A DNA stretch of 64,000 nt, from contig DAHUYD010000034.1 of the NCBI GenBank assembly GCA_027315385.1, positions 7,639 to 71,638 on the forward strand, read 5' to 3'. The notes below the pieces were generated by a model that was not told where the DNA came from, searched no databases, and saw only the letters and a list, made by a program, of their open reading frames with translations. This stretch comes from Acidobacterium sp. (GTDB taxonomy: Bacteria > Acidobacteriota > Terriglobia > Terriglobales > Acidobacteriaceae). A program made the translations under genes and the position numbers. Positions 28,625-38,743 of this stretch are shown one piece after another. How positions within the stretch are numbered: the first letter of the stretch is position 1; each line of letters opens with the position of its first letter.

Positions 28625-28748
28625 GCAGGAGTGCGATACGGGCCGCCCAAGAATCTCCGCCCAGAATGATGAGGAACCGATGGGTTCGGTTTGCACCTGG
28701 GGCCGATTATACGGCGGGCTCCGCGCGGTAGAATCGCCCTTCACACTT

Positions 28749-30137
28749 ATGTCCCTTACTTTGCTTTCCGCCACCGAACAACTCAGGCTGCTGCATCGCC
28801 GAGTTCTCACGCCGATCGAGCTCGCCAACGAGCACATCGCGCAGATCGAACGCCTGAACCCGCGGCTCAACGCGCTGGTCGACTTCGATCCGGAGCGCGT
28901 TCGCGTGATGGCGCGCTCGCCGCGGCCCGGCCCGCTTTCCGGCCTTCCAATCACTGTGAAATCGTCCATTTCCGTAGCGGGCTATCGCTGCGAGATCGGC
29001 AGTACGCTGAGCCGCGGCTCAATCCCAGGGGAAAACGCCATCGCCGTCGAGCGGCTGGTCTCAGCGGGGGCCGTCCTGCTTGGCACCACCAACTGCCCGG
29101 AATTCCTGATGGCGTACGAAACAGAGAACCTGCTGTACGGCAGCACCCGCAATCCGTGGGGCCTTGAATACACCGCCGGCGGATCCAGCGGAGGCGAAGC
29201 AGCGGCGATTGCCGCCGGCCTGTCCGCCGCCGGAATCGGCAGCGACAGCGGCGGCTCCGTCCGCGAGCCCGCGCACTTCACCGGCATCTGCGCGCTCAAG
29301 CCAACTGCGGGGCGCGTTCCGGCCAGCGGACATCTGCCGCCATGCCTGGGGCCTTTCGCTTTTATGGGCGCCATCGGTCCCATGGCGCGGACGGTCGCGG
29401 ATCTGGAGCTGCTCTTCGCCACGCTCTCAGGGCAGAATCCGGCAGACCCCGCCGGCGCACCGGTCGCTCATCGTCCCGTCACTCTGGAAGAGGCGAAACA
29501 GTTCCCAGTTGGTTGGTTCGAGGACGACGGCCTGGCGCCGGTTACCGCGGAAACGCGCGCTGCTGTGCAGGCGGCCGCGCGCGCGCTGGAACGGCGCGGT
29601 TTCACCGTCAAGCGCTTTCGTCCGCATTCGCTCGAAGCGGCGCGCCGGCTGTGGTGGACATTCTTCGTGCAGTGCGGAGCCATGCTGTACGAGCCCACGA
29701 TTCGCGGCAAAGAAGAGGATCTCAGCCCCACGTTTCGCGATTTTCTGGCGATTGCGCGGGCGGATGCCCCGCTGACTGCCGCCTCCCTCCTGAATGCGTG
29801 GGGGGAATCGGACCGCGTTCGTTCCGCGCTGCTCCAGGAAATGCGCCAGTTTCCCGTGCTGCTGTGCCCTGCCTGCGCCATCCCGGCGTTTCGCCCGGGC
29901 GAACGCGCCTGGACCGTCGAAGGGCAGAGAGTCACCTATCTGGACGCGATGCGCTACACGCAATGGTTCAATTTGCTGGGTGGTCCGGCAGCGGTAGTGC
30001 CGGTGTCGCGATCCGCGGACGGACTGCCGGTCGGGGTCCAGATCGCCGCCCGGCCCTTCGAGGATGAATTGGCGCTCGCCGTGACGGCAGCCATCGAAAG
30101 CGAGTTTGGATACGAGCCGCCGCCTCTGGCGCGGTAA
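28749..30137 (+). CDS. amidase-signature family amidase (GatA-like)
   Basis: ATG at 28749 (MSLTLLSATEQLRLL). Signature 'GGSSGGEAAAIAAGLSAAGIGSDSGGSVREPA'. Confidence 0.8.
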   Translation: MSLTLLSATEQLRLLHRRVLTPIELANEHIAQIERLNPRLNALVDFDPERVRVMARSPRPGPLSGLPITVKSSISVAGYRCEIGSTLSRGSIPGENAIAVERLVSAGAVLLGTTNCPEFLMAYETENLLYGSTRNPWGLEYTAGGSSGGEAAAIAAGLSAAGIGSDSGGSVREPAHFTGICALKPTAGRVPASGHLPPCLGPFAFMGAIGPMARTVADLELLFATLSGQNPADPAGAPVAHRPVTLEEAKQFPVGWFEDDGLAPVTAETRAAVQAAARALERRGFTVKRFRPHSLEAARRLWWTFFVQCGAMLYEPTIRGKEEDLSPTFRDFLAIARADAPLTAASLLNAWGESDRVRSALLQEMRQFPVLLCPACAIPAFRPGERAWTVEGQRVTYLDAMRYTQWFNLLGGPAAVVPVSRSADGLPVGVQIAARPFEDELALAVTAAIESEFGYEPPPLAR

Positions 30138-30142
30138 TGCTC

Positions 30143-31519
30143 CTACGGTTTCAGCCTGGAAAAGAGTCCCAGCTTCGACACGTCGTTCACCGTGATGATT
30201 GCGAAGATCAGGATGATCATCACGAACGCCACCTGGATGACGCGTTCCTTCACTTCCTGCCGGATATCGTGGCGCAGGATGCTCTCAATGACCAGCAGCA
30301 GAATCATGCCGCCATCGAGAATCGGGATGGGCAGCAGGTTCATGATGCCCAGGTCAAGGCTGATCAGCGCCGTCCAGCCTACCAGCGGCTCCCATCCGTG
30401 CATCTCGGCGGCTTCGCCGGTAATGCGCGCGATGCCCACCGGCCCGCTGATCTGCTGCAGCACGCCCGCGTGATGGGTAACCAGCCGATACAGCACGTCG
30501 AGGATATTGCCGGAATATCGGATGTTGTAGCCGATTGACTGCTTCACCGCCGCGGGCAGCGGCAGTTGCTCCACACGGTACGGCGGCAGAGTGGCGCTGA
30601 AGCCCAGGCGGTATCCTGGCAGTTCCCCGGCCGTATCCATCCACATCGGCTGGACGGAGATATCGAAGTTTTGCCCGCCGCGTTTCACCAGCAGACTCGC
30701 GGGCTTCTTGCCATTCTGGTTCAGCATGGCAATAATGGCGGCCACGCTGTGCACATTCTGCCCGTTGATGGCCACAATCGCGTCGCCGGGTTTCAGCCCC
30801 GCTTTCGCCGCGGGGTCGCCTGGCATCACAGTCTCAATCACAATTGGCCCGGGCTGCTCGCGGGGCAGCAGGCCCAGCACCGAGACATCGAAATCGTCGC
30901 CCTTGCCCGGATTCGCCAGGTACAGCTCAGTGCTGAATTCCTTCGTCTGACCGTCAACGGTCCGCTGCACCGTGATGGGCACCGTGGAATTGATATCCAT
31001 CCCCGCGCGGCTCTCCAGCCGGTCCCACGTTGGATTTCTTTCTTTGTCGAAGCGCACGATGCGATCGCCGCTGCGCAACCCAGCCTTAGCGGCAGCCGAG
31101 TTCTGCGGCACCATGTCCAGCACCGCCGGCTGATCCATGTACAGCAAAACCTCGTTGTGCATCATGTAAAAGCCCGCCATCATGACGAAGGCCAGAATAA
31201 AATTGGCCACCGGGCCGGCCACGGCAATCAGCATGCGCTGCCAGCGCGGCCGCGAGCTGAACTCGTGGGGGTCCCCGGTGGTTTCCGAGCCCGGGATTTC
31301 GCCGGCCATCTTCACATAGCCGCCGAACGGCAGCGCGCTCACACAGTAGTCGGTGTCGCCGTATTTGAAGCCGAACAGCCGCGGCGGAAATCCCAGCGAA
31401 AATGTCTCCACGCGTACGCCGCACAGCTTAGCGACGATGAAGTGGCCCATCTCATGCACCACCACCAGGATGCTGAGAACAATGAGGAACGAGACGATGG
31501 AGACGAGAGCAAAAGGCAT
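30143..31519 (-). CDS. rseP: site-2 (RIP) zinc metalloprotease RseP with PDZ domains
   Basis: ATG at 31519. 'HEMGHFIVAKLCGVRVETFSLGFPP' (HExxH), PDZ-like 'AAKAGLRSGDRIV' and 'AAKAGLKPGDAIV', and C-terminal 'NLLPIPILDGG'. Confidence 0.9.
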   Translation of the reverse strand: MPFALVSIVSFLIVLSILVVVHEMGHFIVAKLCGVRVETFSLGFPPRLFGFKYGDTDYCVSALPFGGYVKMAGEIPGSETTGDPHEFSSRPRWQRMLIAVAGPVANFILAFVMMAGFYMMHNEVLLYMDQPAVLDMVPQNSAAAKAGLRSGDRIVRFDKERNPTWDRLESRAGMDINSTVPITVQRTVDGQTKEFSTELYLANPGKGDDFDVSVLGLLPREQPGPIVIETVMPGDPAAKAGLKPGDAIVAINGQNVHSVAAIIAMLNQNGKKPASLLVKRGGQNFDISVQPMWMDTAGELPGYRLGFSATLPPYRVEQLPLPAAVKQSIGYNIRYSGNILDVLYRLVTHHAGVLQQISGPVGIARITGEAAEMHGWEPLVGWTALISLDLGIMNLLPIPILDGGMILLLVIESILRHDIRQEVKERVIQVAFVMIILIFAIITVNDVSKLGLFSRLKP

Positions 31520-31574
31520 AGCGGAAAGGACAATCCCCCGGGACCGGACGGTGTGGCGCCAGGACAACCCGCGA

Positions 31575-32753
31575 TTAGGCCGGCCGCGCGGCATACCGCC
31601 GCGACAGTACCTCGTGCGCCGTTTCGCGAGCCTCACAATCCAGCGCAAGCACTTCCCGTATGGTCGCCGGATGTGTCTCCGAGGTTGTCTCGAGTACCTC
31701 TTCTATTGTAGCTGGTATGCCCAGGAACGGGATGGCCCGTTCTAGGAACGCCGCTACAGCCACCTCGTCCGCCGCATTGAGCGCAATGGCGTGCGCCCCG
31801 CCTTTTTCCGCCGCCTGGTACGCCAGGCGCAGACAGGGAAATCGCTGGAAATCGGGCGCTTCGAACTGAAGTTCGGCCAGCCTCTCCATGTCAAAGCGCA
31901 GATCGGACTCTACCCGTTCCGGATAGCTGAGCGCGTACAGGATCGGCAGGCGCATGTCCGTAACGGAAATCTGGGCCAACAGACTCCCATCGACATATTC
32001 CACCAGCGAATGCACTGTGGACTGAGGATGGACCGTCACCTTCACGGCGGACGGCGTCAGATCGAACAGCCGGCATGCCTCAATGATCTCCAGGCCCTTA
32101 TTCAGCATTGTGGCCGAATCGATGGTGATGCGCCGGCCCATCACCCAGGTCGGGTGGCGCAAGGCCTGCTCCACCGTGATTTTCTCGAACTCGGAAAGCG
32201 GCAGCGTCCGGAACGGCCCTCCCGACGCGGTGAGCCAGATCTGCCGCACCTCGGCGCGCTCTCCCGCCCGCATGCACTGGTGCACCGCATTGTGCTCGGA
32301 ATCGATGGGCAGCAGCGCCACGTTCTTCTCGCGCGCCACAGCCGTGAGAATCTCACCCGCGGCCACCATCGCTTCCTTGTTGGCCAAACCGATGGTCTTG
32401 CCCGCCCGGACAGCCTCGTAGGTGGCCTGCAGCCCCGCAACCCCAACGATGGCCGAGACCACAAAGTCCACTTCAGGCAGCGTGGCGGCGCGAACCGAGC
32501 CCTCCGTCCCCCATACCACCTCTGTTTCGGATACCCCATCCCGGCGCAGCCGGTTCCGCAACGTGGCAGCCAGTTCCTCCGTTGCCAGCGATACGACCCT
32601 GGGGCGCCACCGGATGCATTGCCGATGGACCACATCCAGATTTCGGCCGGCCGCCAGCGAGAGGACAGCAAAGCGCTCCGGATAAGATTCGACGATGCTC
32701 AGTGTGCTCTGGCCGATGGAGCCAGTCGAACCCAGGATGGCAATGCGTTTCAA
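31575..32753 (-). CDS. dxr: 1-deoxy-D-xylulose 5-phosphate reductoisomerase
   Basis: 'RIAILGSTGSIGQSTL', 'LANKEAMV' and 'PIDSEHNA'. Confidence 0.95.
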   Translation of the reverse strand: MKRIAILGSTGSIGQSTLSIVESYPERFAVLSLAAGRNLDVVHRQCIRWRPRVVSLATEELAATLRNRLRRDGVSETEVVWGTEGSVRAATLPEVDFVVSAIVGVAGLQATYEAVRAGKTIGLANKEAMVAAGEILTAVAREKNVALLPIDSEHNAVHQCMRAGERAEVRQIWLTASGGPFRTLPLSEFEKITVEQALRHPTWVMGRRITIDSATMLNKGLEIIEACRLFDLTPSAVKVTVHPQSTVHSLVEYVDGSLLAQISVTDMRLPILYALSYPERVESDLRFDMERLAELQFEAPDFQRFPCLRLAYQAAEKGGAHAIALNAADEVAVAAFLERAIPFLGIPATIEEVLETTSETHPATIREVLALDCEARETAHEVLSRRYAARPA

Positions 32754-32848
32754 GTGCGTGTGCTTTCTGCCGGAGCGATCACCGGCTTCTCCCGTCCCGG
32801 ACCAGCCGCCTTTCGCGTATCCGGTTCACTCCAGACCGGTTGCCCCGG

Positions 32849-33679
32849 TTAGAAGGACTGCTGGGCTAACTGAGCGTACCACAGCAACGGAGCGGCCAAC
32901 AGCAGCGCATCGATCCGGTCCAGCATGCCGCCGTGACCCGGCAGCAGGTGCCCGGAATCCTTCACCCCCGCGCCGCGCTTGATCGCCGACTCCACCAGAT
33001 CGCCGACCTGTGCGCCCACGTTCACGAGCGCCGCCAGGCCCAGCCAGTGGATCACGGTGCCGGGGTAGAACAACGCATCGACATTATGCGCGGTGAGCGC
33101 CTGCGCGACCCAAAGCAGCGCTCCTGTGATCGCCACGCTGCCGGCGACGGAGGCGATGCTCCCTTCCCATGTTTTGTTGGGGCTCAGAGTCGGAGCCAGG
33201 CGCCGCCTGCCGAAAGCCCGGCCGATGTAGAGGGCGGCGATGTCGCCCGACCACACCACCAGGAACAGGAAGAGCAGCAGCGACGGCCCGTTATCCTGCG
33301 TGGAAAGCAGGTACAGCGACGACATGGATAGCCCGATGTAGATCAGGCCGAAAACCGACGCCGCCGTATCGGCGAGCACGCGATTGACCGGCGAACGAAA
33401 GGCGCACACGATGAAGAGCGCCAGGGCCAGTGCTCCCAGAAACGGGGCCATTAGGTCCGGGCGCCGGAAGATCGCCAACAGAAGTACCGCCAGGCAGATC
33501 ATCACCGCCGCCCGCGGAGTTTTAGCGCCCATCGCGTCCGCCAGCCCCAGGAATTCCCATAACGCCAGCGCGGAAACCGCAAACACGACGCCCATCAGCA
33601 ACAAGGGCAGCCTAGGCGACAGGAAAATGACCACCAGGACCAATGGAATCAGAACGACCGCGGTAATCAGGCGCTGCAT
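32849..33679 (-). CDS. cdsA: phosphatidate cytidylyltransferase
   Basis: Polytopic. C-terminal signature 'SAIKRGAGVKDSGHLLPGHGGMLDRIDALL'. Confidence 0.9.
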   Translation of the reverse strand: MQRLITAVVLIPLVLVVIFLSPRLPLLLMGVVFAVSALALWEFLGLADAMGAKTPRAAVMICLAVLLLAIFRRPDLMAPFLGALALALFIVCAFRSPVNRVLADTAASVFGLIYIGLSMSSLYLLSTQDNGPSLLLFLFLVVWSGDIAALYIGRAFGRRRLAPTLSPNKTWEGSIASVAGSVAITGALLWVAQALTAHNVDALFYPGTVIHWLGLAALVNVGAQVGDLVESAIKRGAGVKDSGHLLPGHGGMLDRIDALLLAAPLLWYAQLAQQSF

Positions 33680-33784
33680 GTGTAAGGGCAGAATACACGT
33701 TGCCGCCCGGCTTACGGCCCTCTCAGCGCCGGTGCTCCGGAATTCCTGCTGACCTCTGGCCCGGGGGAGCCGTTTGTGCGCGGT

Positions 33785-35059
33785 TCACTTCGCGTTCGGA
33801 ATTCGCGTTGCCGGCATCTGGCGCAGCGTCACGATCTCTTCCCGCACCTTTCTCCACTGCCGCGGATGCCGCCGAGTGAAGATCGGGGCATTCGGCACCG
33901 CATAATATGCGAGGATGTTCTGCCGCAGTCCAAGCGGGGGGCGCGCGCTGTCGTGCGTCACTCGGGCCAGCAGCTTCGCATAGGTGATGTCCGTCAGTCT
34001 GTAGGTGCCCGGCCGGGTGGGATAGCCGGTATCCAGATCCACATCCGCCACCTCGAACTTTTTCGGACCCTCGCGCTTCAATTCGCGCAGCAGCCGAGCA
34101 TAATCGGTATCGGCGCGGTCCACGCTCGCCACGTAATCCGCCTCGGTTGCGGCGCTGGGTCCGCGTATCGCCAGGTCGGAGAGCTTGTGTATCTTCGGTG
34201 TCAGAAAGATCAGCACCGCAAACACCCGCGTCAGGAAGCTCGGCTTATGTTTCCGGTAGCGCTCCCAGTGATTCTCCCGGTCGGCCGTCTTTAGCCGCTG
34301 CGCAAACTCGCGGAACTGCGCCGTGTCCCGGTCCGGCGGAAAACTGCGCCGGTGCAGCAGAACCTCCGCATAGCCCACCCGCGGCAGGAACTGCCGCACC
34401 GCCCAGCGATAGCTTCGGATGGCCGCAAATTCGTCCCCCAGCACGCTGCGCAGGTGAATCCCGTAGGTGTCGTAGAACGCCTGGTTCAGCAACCGCGGCG
34501 GAACCCTGAAGCCCACATGCCGCAGATATCCGGACGGCGCAAAGCGTCCGTGGCTGAGCTGGTCGATGTCGAAGGCAAACTCCGTCCGCACGTGCGCATA
34601 GGGATCCTCCTCGTACGTGACCACCGGCCCATATTTCGCGTCAAGCGAAGGAAACTCCTGCGGAACGGACACGTTGACGGCATAACGGTGCCCGTCCGAG
34701 TCGCCGACCAGATGAGACATGGCCCCCAGTGCAAAGGCCAGCTCGTTCACGTTGCGCGAATCCCGAATCAGATTGGTGACGAAGTCCCCGGTGCGCACGT
34801 AATGCGTCAGATTACTGAAGAAATCGTGCCCGAACGGGTAGTAACCCGCATCCTGGATGGTCGCGCCCGCATAGGCGAACGCCCGCGCTCTCGCCAGCTC
34901 GGCTCGCGTCGTGCGCGGATACTCGCTCAGCAGCACCGGCTCAATGGACCTGTTCCACGCGATATCGATGAGCGTTTCGTGCGTCAGGAATGAGTACGCA
35001 GAACCCAGTGGCGCAACAAACAGCAACGCCAGGGCAACAACCACGGCTTTCCCTTTCAT
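33785..35059 (-). CDS. secreted zinc-dependent phospholipase C-like family protein (tentative)
   Basis: Signal peptide, then 'YSFLTHETLIDIAW' and His/Asp-rich N-terminal half ('HLVGDSDGH'). The C-terminal half is unassigned. Confidence 0.45.
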   Translation of the reverse strand: MKGKAVVVALALLFVAPLGSAYSFLTHETLIDIAWNRSIEPVLLSEYPRTTRAELARARAFAYAGATIQDAGYYPFGHDFFSNLTHYVRTGDFVTNLIRDSRNVNELAFALGAMSHLVGDSDGHRYAVNVSVPQEFPSLDAKYGPVVTYEEDPYAHVRTEFAFDIDQLSHGRFAPSGYLRHVGFRVPPRLLNQAFYDTYGIHLRSVLGDEFAAIRSYRWAVRQFLPRVGYAEVLLHRRSFPPDRDTAQFREFAQRLKTADRENHWERYRKHKPSFLTRVFAVLIFLTPKIHKLSDLAIRGPSAATEADYVASVDRADTDYARLLRELKREGPKKFEVADVDLDTGYPTRPGTYRLTDITYAKLLARVTHDSARPPLGLRQNILAYYAVPNAPIFTRRHPRQWRKVREEIVTLRQMPATRIPNAK

Positions 35060-35107
35060 GGTTTTCCCGAACCCCGCTCAACCGATCCGGATCGCGACAC
35101 CCTGCCC

Positions 35108-36358
35108 CTACTCGTATCGAAGAGCTTCAGCCGGCAGCACGCCGGCCGCCGAACTCGACGGGTACAGAGTCGCCAGCAGAGAAACTCCCAGCGACATGGC
35201 GGTTACGATCACCCCGTGTAGGATGCGCGGCGCGAAGGGAAGATAGTCCAGAGAATAAACATCCGCGGAAAGGTGGATGAAATGATAGTGCTGGCCCAGC
35301 AGGGCGACGGTATAGCCCAGCACCAGCCCGATGACCGTTCCCAGCACTCCGATCAGAAGCCCCTGGTACAGGAAAACGCGCCGCACCTGCCCCGGCTGCA
35401 CGCCCATCGACATCAGGACGGCGATGTCCTTCGTCTTTTCCATCACCATCATGGTGAGTGCAATCAGGATGTTTAGCGCCGCCACGCAGACGATCAGCCC
35501 GATCACAATCACCGTGACCACCTGCTCCAGATTCAGCGCGCGAAACAGCTCGCGGTTCTGCTCCATCCAGTCCGTGGTGGTAAAACCCGGCCCCGCGGCC
35601 TTTTCGACTTCATCCGCGATGACGCCTGCGCGGCGCATGTCGTCGACTTTGAAGGATATCTCCGAAACCAGGTTCGGCTCTCCAAACAGCGCCTGCGCAT
35701 CGTCGAGCCGCACGTACCCGAAGCTGGAGTCGTACTGGTAAAAGCCGGAGTGGAAGATGCCCACCACCTGGAAGCGCTGATACTTCGGCGTTAGGCCCCA
35801 CGGCGTCAACTGGCCCTGGGGGCTGGTGACAAGGACCGTGTCGCCGACTTTCGCCCCGATGGAGTCCGCCAGATCCACGCCAATAATCAGGGGCGGCGTC
35901 GGCTCGCCGGATTGATCCTGAGGATTGACCGGCTGGCCCAGCGGCGACAGCCTTCCCGACTGAAGATGCGCGAGCATGCTCGACACGGTGAGTTCTTCGC
36001 GAGGCAGGATACCCTTAAGCATCGCGCCGCCGGAAAGCGCGCCGCGCGAAATCAGCACCGGCTCATAAATCCCGGGCGCATCAGCCACCACATGCGGCAG
36101 GTGACGCAGCCTTTCTGTGAGCGCCTGCCAGTTCCGGATGCCGTCGTTCATGGTGCGCATCAACTCGACGTCGGGCGTGGAACTGAGCAGTTGCGACCGG
36201 AAATCCTTTTCCATTCCATTGGTGATGGCCAGCGCGATGATCAGCGCCGCCACCCCCACCGCCACGCCCGCCACGGAAATCCATGTGATGATGCCGATGA
36301 CGGCCTGGCGGCGCTTCGCCCGCAGATACCGCGCGGCAACGAACAGCTCAAATCGCAT
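35108..36358 (-). CDS. LolC/LolE-type (FtsX-fold) ABC transporter permease; no adjacent ATPase
   Basis: ATG at 36358. 'MRFELFVAARYLRAKRRQAVIGIITWISVAGVAVGVAALIIALAITNGM', a large periplasmic loop and a C-terminal FtsX-type three-helix bundle. Confidence 0.75.
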   Translation of the reverse strand: MRFELFVAARYLRAKRRQAVIGIITWISVAGVAVGVAALIIALAITNGMEKDFRSQLLSSTPDVELMRTMNDGIRNWQALTERLRHLPHVVADAPGIYEPVLISRGALSGGAMLKGILPREELTVSSMLAHLQSGRLSPLGQPVNPQDQSGEPTPPLIIGVDLADSIGAKVGDTVLVTSPQGQLTPWGLTPKYQRFQVVGIFHSGFYQYDSSFGYVRLDDAQALFGEPNLVSEISFKVDDMRRAGVIADEVEKAAGPGFTTTDWMEQNRELFRALNLEQVVTVIVIGLIVCVAALNILIALTMMVMEKTKDIAVLMSMGVQPGQVRRVFLYQGLLIGVLGTVIGLVLGYTVALLGQHYHFIHLSADVYSLDYLPFAPRILHGVIVTAMSLGVSLLATLYPSSSAAGVLPAEALRYE

Positions 36359-36363
36359 ACGCG

Positions 36364-38592
36364 CTAGCGCACTACCGCCTTCACGGTCACCGCGTTGCTG
36401 TACCGATCGAACACCCGAACGGCGATCACATGTTCCGACGGGTTCGCCGGCGCTTCGGCGCCCGGCCGGGCAGGAGGCAGCGGCGCCTCGAAGTCGAAAT
36501 GCTCCGTCAGAGAGTCGGCGATGTTGCCGGCGGGAGCGATGTACTGCCAGTGTCCCGCATCGATGGAATACTCCGCGTGGGTCACCTCTGAAGTTGCATC
36601 TGTCGCCGTCAGCGTGACGTGGATCTTCCCATTCGCCATCAGCGCCTGCACGTCCCTCACTGTGGGCGGGGTGGTATCGACGACAAAATCGTCGCTCACC
36701 CGGCTGCCCGTCAGGGCCCACCCCGGATTGTTCGAAGGCGCGTTGCTGGCCACGACCTTCACGCGATAATGCCCGTCCGGCAGCAGCGCGCCGTCGAACG
36801 AATAAAACGTCTCGCCAATGCGGTCCTTCAGCAGTTGCCAGTTGCTCTCGCCCTCGCCGCGGTAGAACAACGCATAGACGAGGCGATCGCCGTTGTCGTC
36901 GTGCGCCAGCCAGCGAACCGTTACGGCGCTATGCTCCCGCACCGCCGGAAGCGGATCGCGATTGGGGTCCGATACGTAGTTGACTGCATTCGGCGTGGGA
37001 AAATTGATCGTTACCTGCTGCGGCTGCCCCGCTTGCGGCGGTGTAGACGCCGCCCGCGCGCCCACAGCCACGATCACCTGGTCCACCACTGGCGGCACGT
37101 TGGCGGGCATGTAGTTTACCCCCACTCCGCTCACCTGGCTCCCAGGATGCTCCACCAGCTTCCATTGCATGAAGCGCGAGGAGCCAATCCCCACAGGCCC
37201 CACGTTCGGCGTGAACTCTTTCCAGTCGCTCCATGCGCGCTCGGGATTCTCAATGTTTCCCGCCCGCGCATACATCCGGATACCCTGTGCTGAAGCCGCC
37301 TGCACCTCCGCGCGCCCCCACTGCGCAAAGCTGCCCGCATCGAATACCTCGCTGAGGTAAGTTCCCTGCGGCGCTTCTGCATGGCTCAGCAGATACAGCT
37401 TCCCGGTGTTCGCCGTCCCGACGTACCAGCCCTTCGCCGTGTCCGCAAAGCCCGTCGCCTGCGAAGCTTCAAGATGCGCCAGGTCCGCGAAAGTCCCGTC
37501 ATCGTGAACCCGGTAGATACGCCCGCGATTGCCGGTCGCCGCCAGAACACCTTTCGGTGTCCACTGCAACGCGTACACAATGTCGTCGCGATCCTGCCAG
37601 ATCTGCCGCGGCGGGCCGTCGCCCTGCGGAATTTCATAAAGTTGCGAGCCCTCCGGGAGCAGCGTGTTACCGTTAAACGCCTCCACGGAACCGGGCTGCA
37701 CAATCGTGATCGTCGCGGTAACAGTTGCCTGGCCGGTCACAGGCAGCGGCGGCAGGCTGTTTTTGCCCTTTTCGCCCACGCCGGCCGCATAGATCGTCCC
37801 GTCCGGCGCTATGGTGACGGACGTGATCTCCTTCTTCGGCGAATCGTACAGCACAAAAGCCTTGCCAGCCGGGCTGATCCGGTAAATCAGGCCTGTCCCA
37901 TCGGACCCCGCGATCAGATTCCCCGCCTTGTCGAACGCCAGGCAGCGTATGTGATCCTCATCGCTTTTGAAGAACAACTCCGGCTTCGCCCCATTCGCCA
38001 CGCGATACACCGCGGCTGGCCCGCCGGTCGCAACATACAGCCTTCCGTGCGCATCGAAGGCCAGGTCCCACACGTATTTGGGCTTTTCCTTCGTGTTTGC
38101 CGGATCGAACACCACCGTGGCGGTTGCATCCGTCTTGCCGCTCTCCGCCGGATTCAGCTTGTACACCTTGCCCGATGGCAGCGTCGCCACGTACACCGAT
38201 CCATCCGGACCCACGCGCACCACCTGCACGCTGAGATCGTGGCTGGTAAAGAGCGTCGTCGATTTGCCGTCGGTCACCTTCAGAACCGTCGCCGGCGTCC
38301 CGGTGCCCAGATACGCATTCCCCGCGCGATCCGCAGCCACCGACCAGACGTAGGTCGACGGCGTCGTGAGAATCGCCGTGCTCGCCGGACCTGGCACCAG
38401 ATACCCGTCGCTCGCGATGGCGATGCCGTCGGGTGTGCCGCGCTCAAAATCGTCGAAGGTTGACTCATTCCACAATCGCGTGCCCTGGGCATGCGCGGCG
38501 ATGGTGGGCAAAATCAGCGTGCAGCAAAAAAGCATTAGCGCTGTGCAGCGCGCAGGAAGACGGAAGCGGAGGGACCAGCAGGTGGTCGTCAT
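36364..38592 (-). CDS. secreted beta-propeller protein with C-terminal Ig-like/Y_Y_Y-like region
   Basis: 742 aa. Signal peptide ending 'AAHAQG'. Repeated 'G..Y.AT/G' blades ('GNAYLGTG', 'GSVYVATL', 'GRLYVATG', 'GTIYAAGV'). C-terminal 'LVYALFYRGEGESNWQLL'. Stop is 5 nt before the LolE-like start. Confidence 0.5.
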   Translation of the reverse strand: MTTTCWSLRFRLPARCTALMLFCCTLILPTIAAHAQGTRLWNESTFDDFERGTPDGIAIASDGYLVPGPASTAILTTPSTYVWSVAADRAGNAYLGTGTPATVLKVTDGKSTTLFTSHDLSVQVVRVGPDGSVYVATLPSGKVYKLNPAESGKTDATATVVFDPANTKEKPKYVWDLAFDAHGRLYVATGGPAAVYRVANGAKPELFFKSDEDHIRCLAFDKAGNLIAGSDGTGLIYRISPAGKAFVLYDSPKKEITSVTIAPDGTIYAAGVGEKGKNSLPPLPVTGQATVTATITIVQPGSVEAFNGNTLLPEGSQLYEIPQGDGPPRQIWQDRDDIVYALQWTPKGVLAATGNRGRIYRVHDDGTFADLAHLEASQATGFADTAKGWYVGTANTGKLYLLSHAEAPQGTYLSEVFDAGSFAQWGRAEVQAASAQGIRMYARAGNIENPERAWSDWKEFTPNVGPVGIGSSRFMQWKLVEHPGSQVSGVGVNYMPANVPPVVDQVIVAVGARAASTPPQAGQPQQVTINFPTPNAVNYVSDPNRDPLPAVREHSAVTVRWLAHDDNGDRLVYALFYRGEGESNWQLLKDRIGETFYSFDGALLPDGHYRVKVVASNAPSNNPGWALTGSRVSDDFVVDTTPPTVRDVQALMANGKIHVTLTATDATSEVTHAEYSIDAGHWQYIAPAGNIADSLTEHFDFEAPLPPARPGAEAPANPSEHVIAVRVFDRYSNAVTVKAVVR

Positions 38593-38743
38593 GCTGGATT
38601 TCAGTCTACAGTCTGCGCCCGGTTCGATGCTTACCGCCTTCGCGAATGGCCCGGAAGGGCTGGGGGGGACAAATCCTCCGTCCTCGCCTACACTGAATTT
38701 TCACTCTCTCACCTGCTAATCCACCAACTGATCTTGTGCCGAA

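Noticed and set aside
27590-28969. Long N-terminal extensions in track ORFs; the same applies to 35108..36721, 54586..55542, 55284..56279, 46409..47488 and 30143..31648
   Set aside because: The extensions overlap neighbouring real genes or are Arg/Gly-rich. In each case the homologous domain begins at an internal Met or GTG, which I used as the start.
38593-38743. Possible Mn (yybP-ykoY) riboswitch or metal-regulator box upstream of the NRAMP gene
   Set aside because: I could not find the conserved GGGGAGUAG / UGACA-type elements or a clear palindrome. The transporter also does not look Mn-specific.
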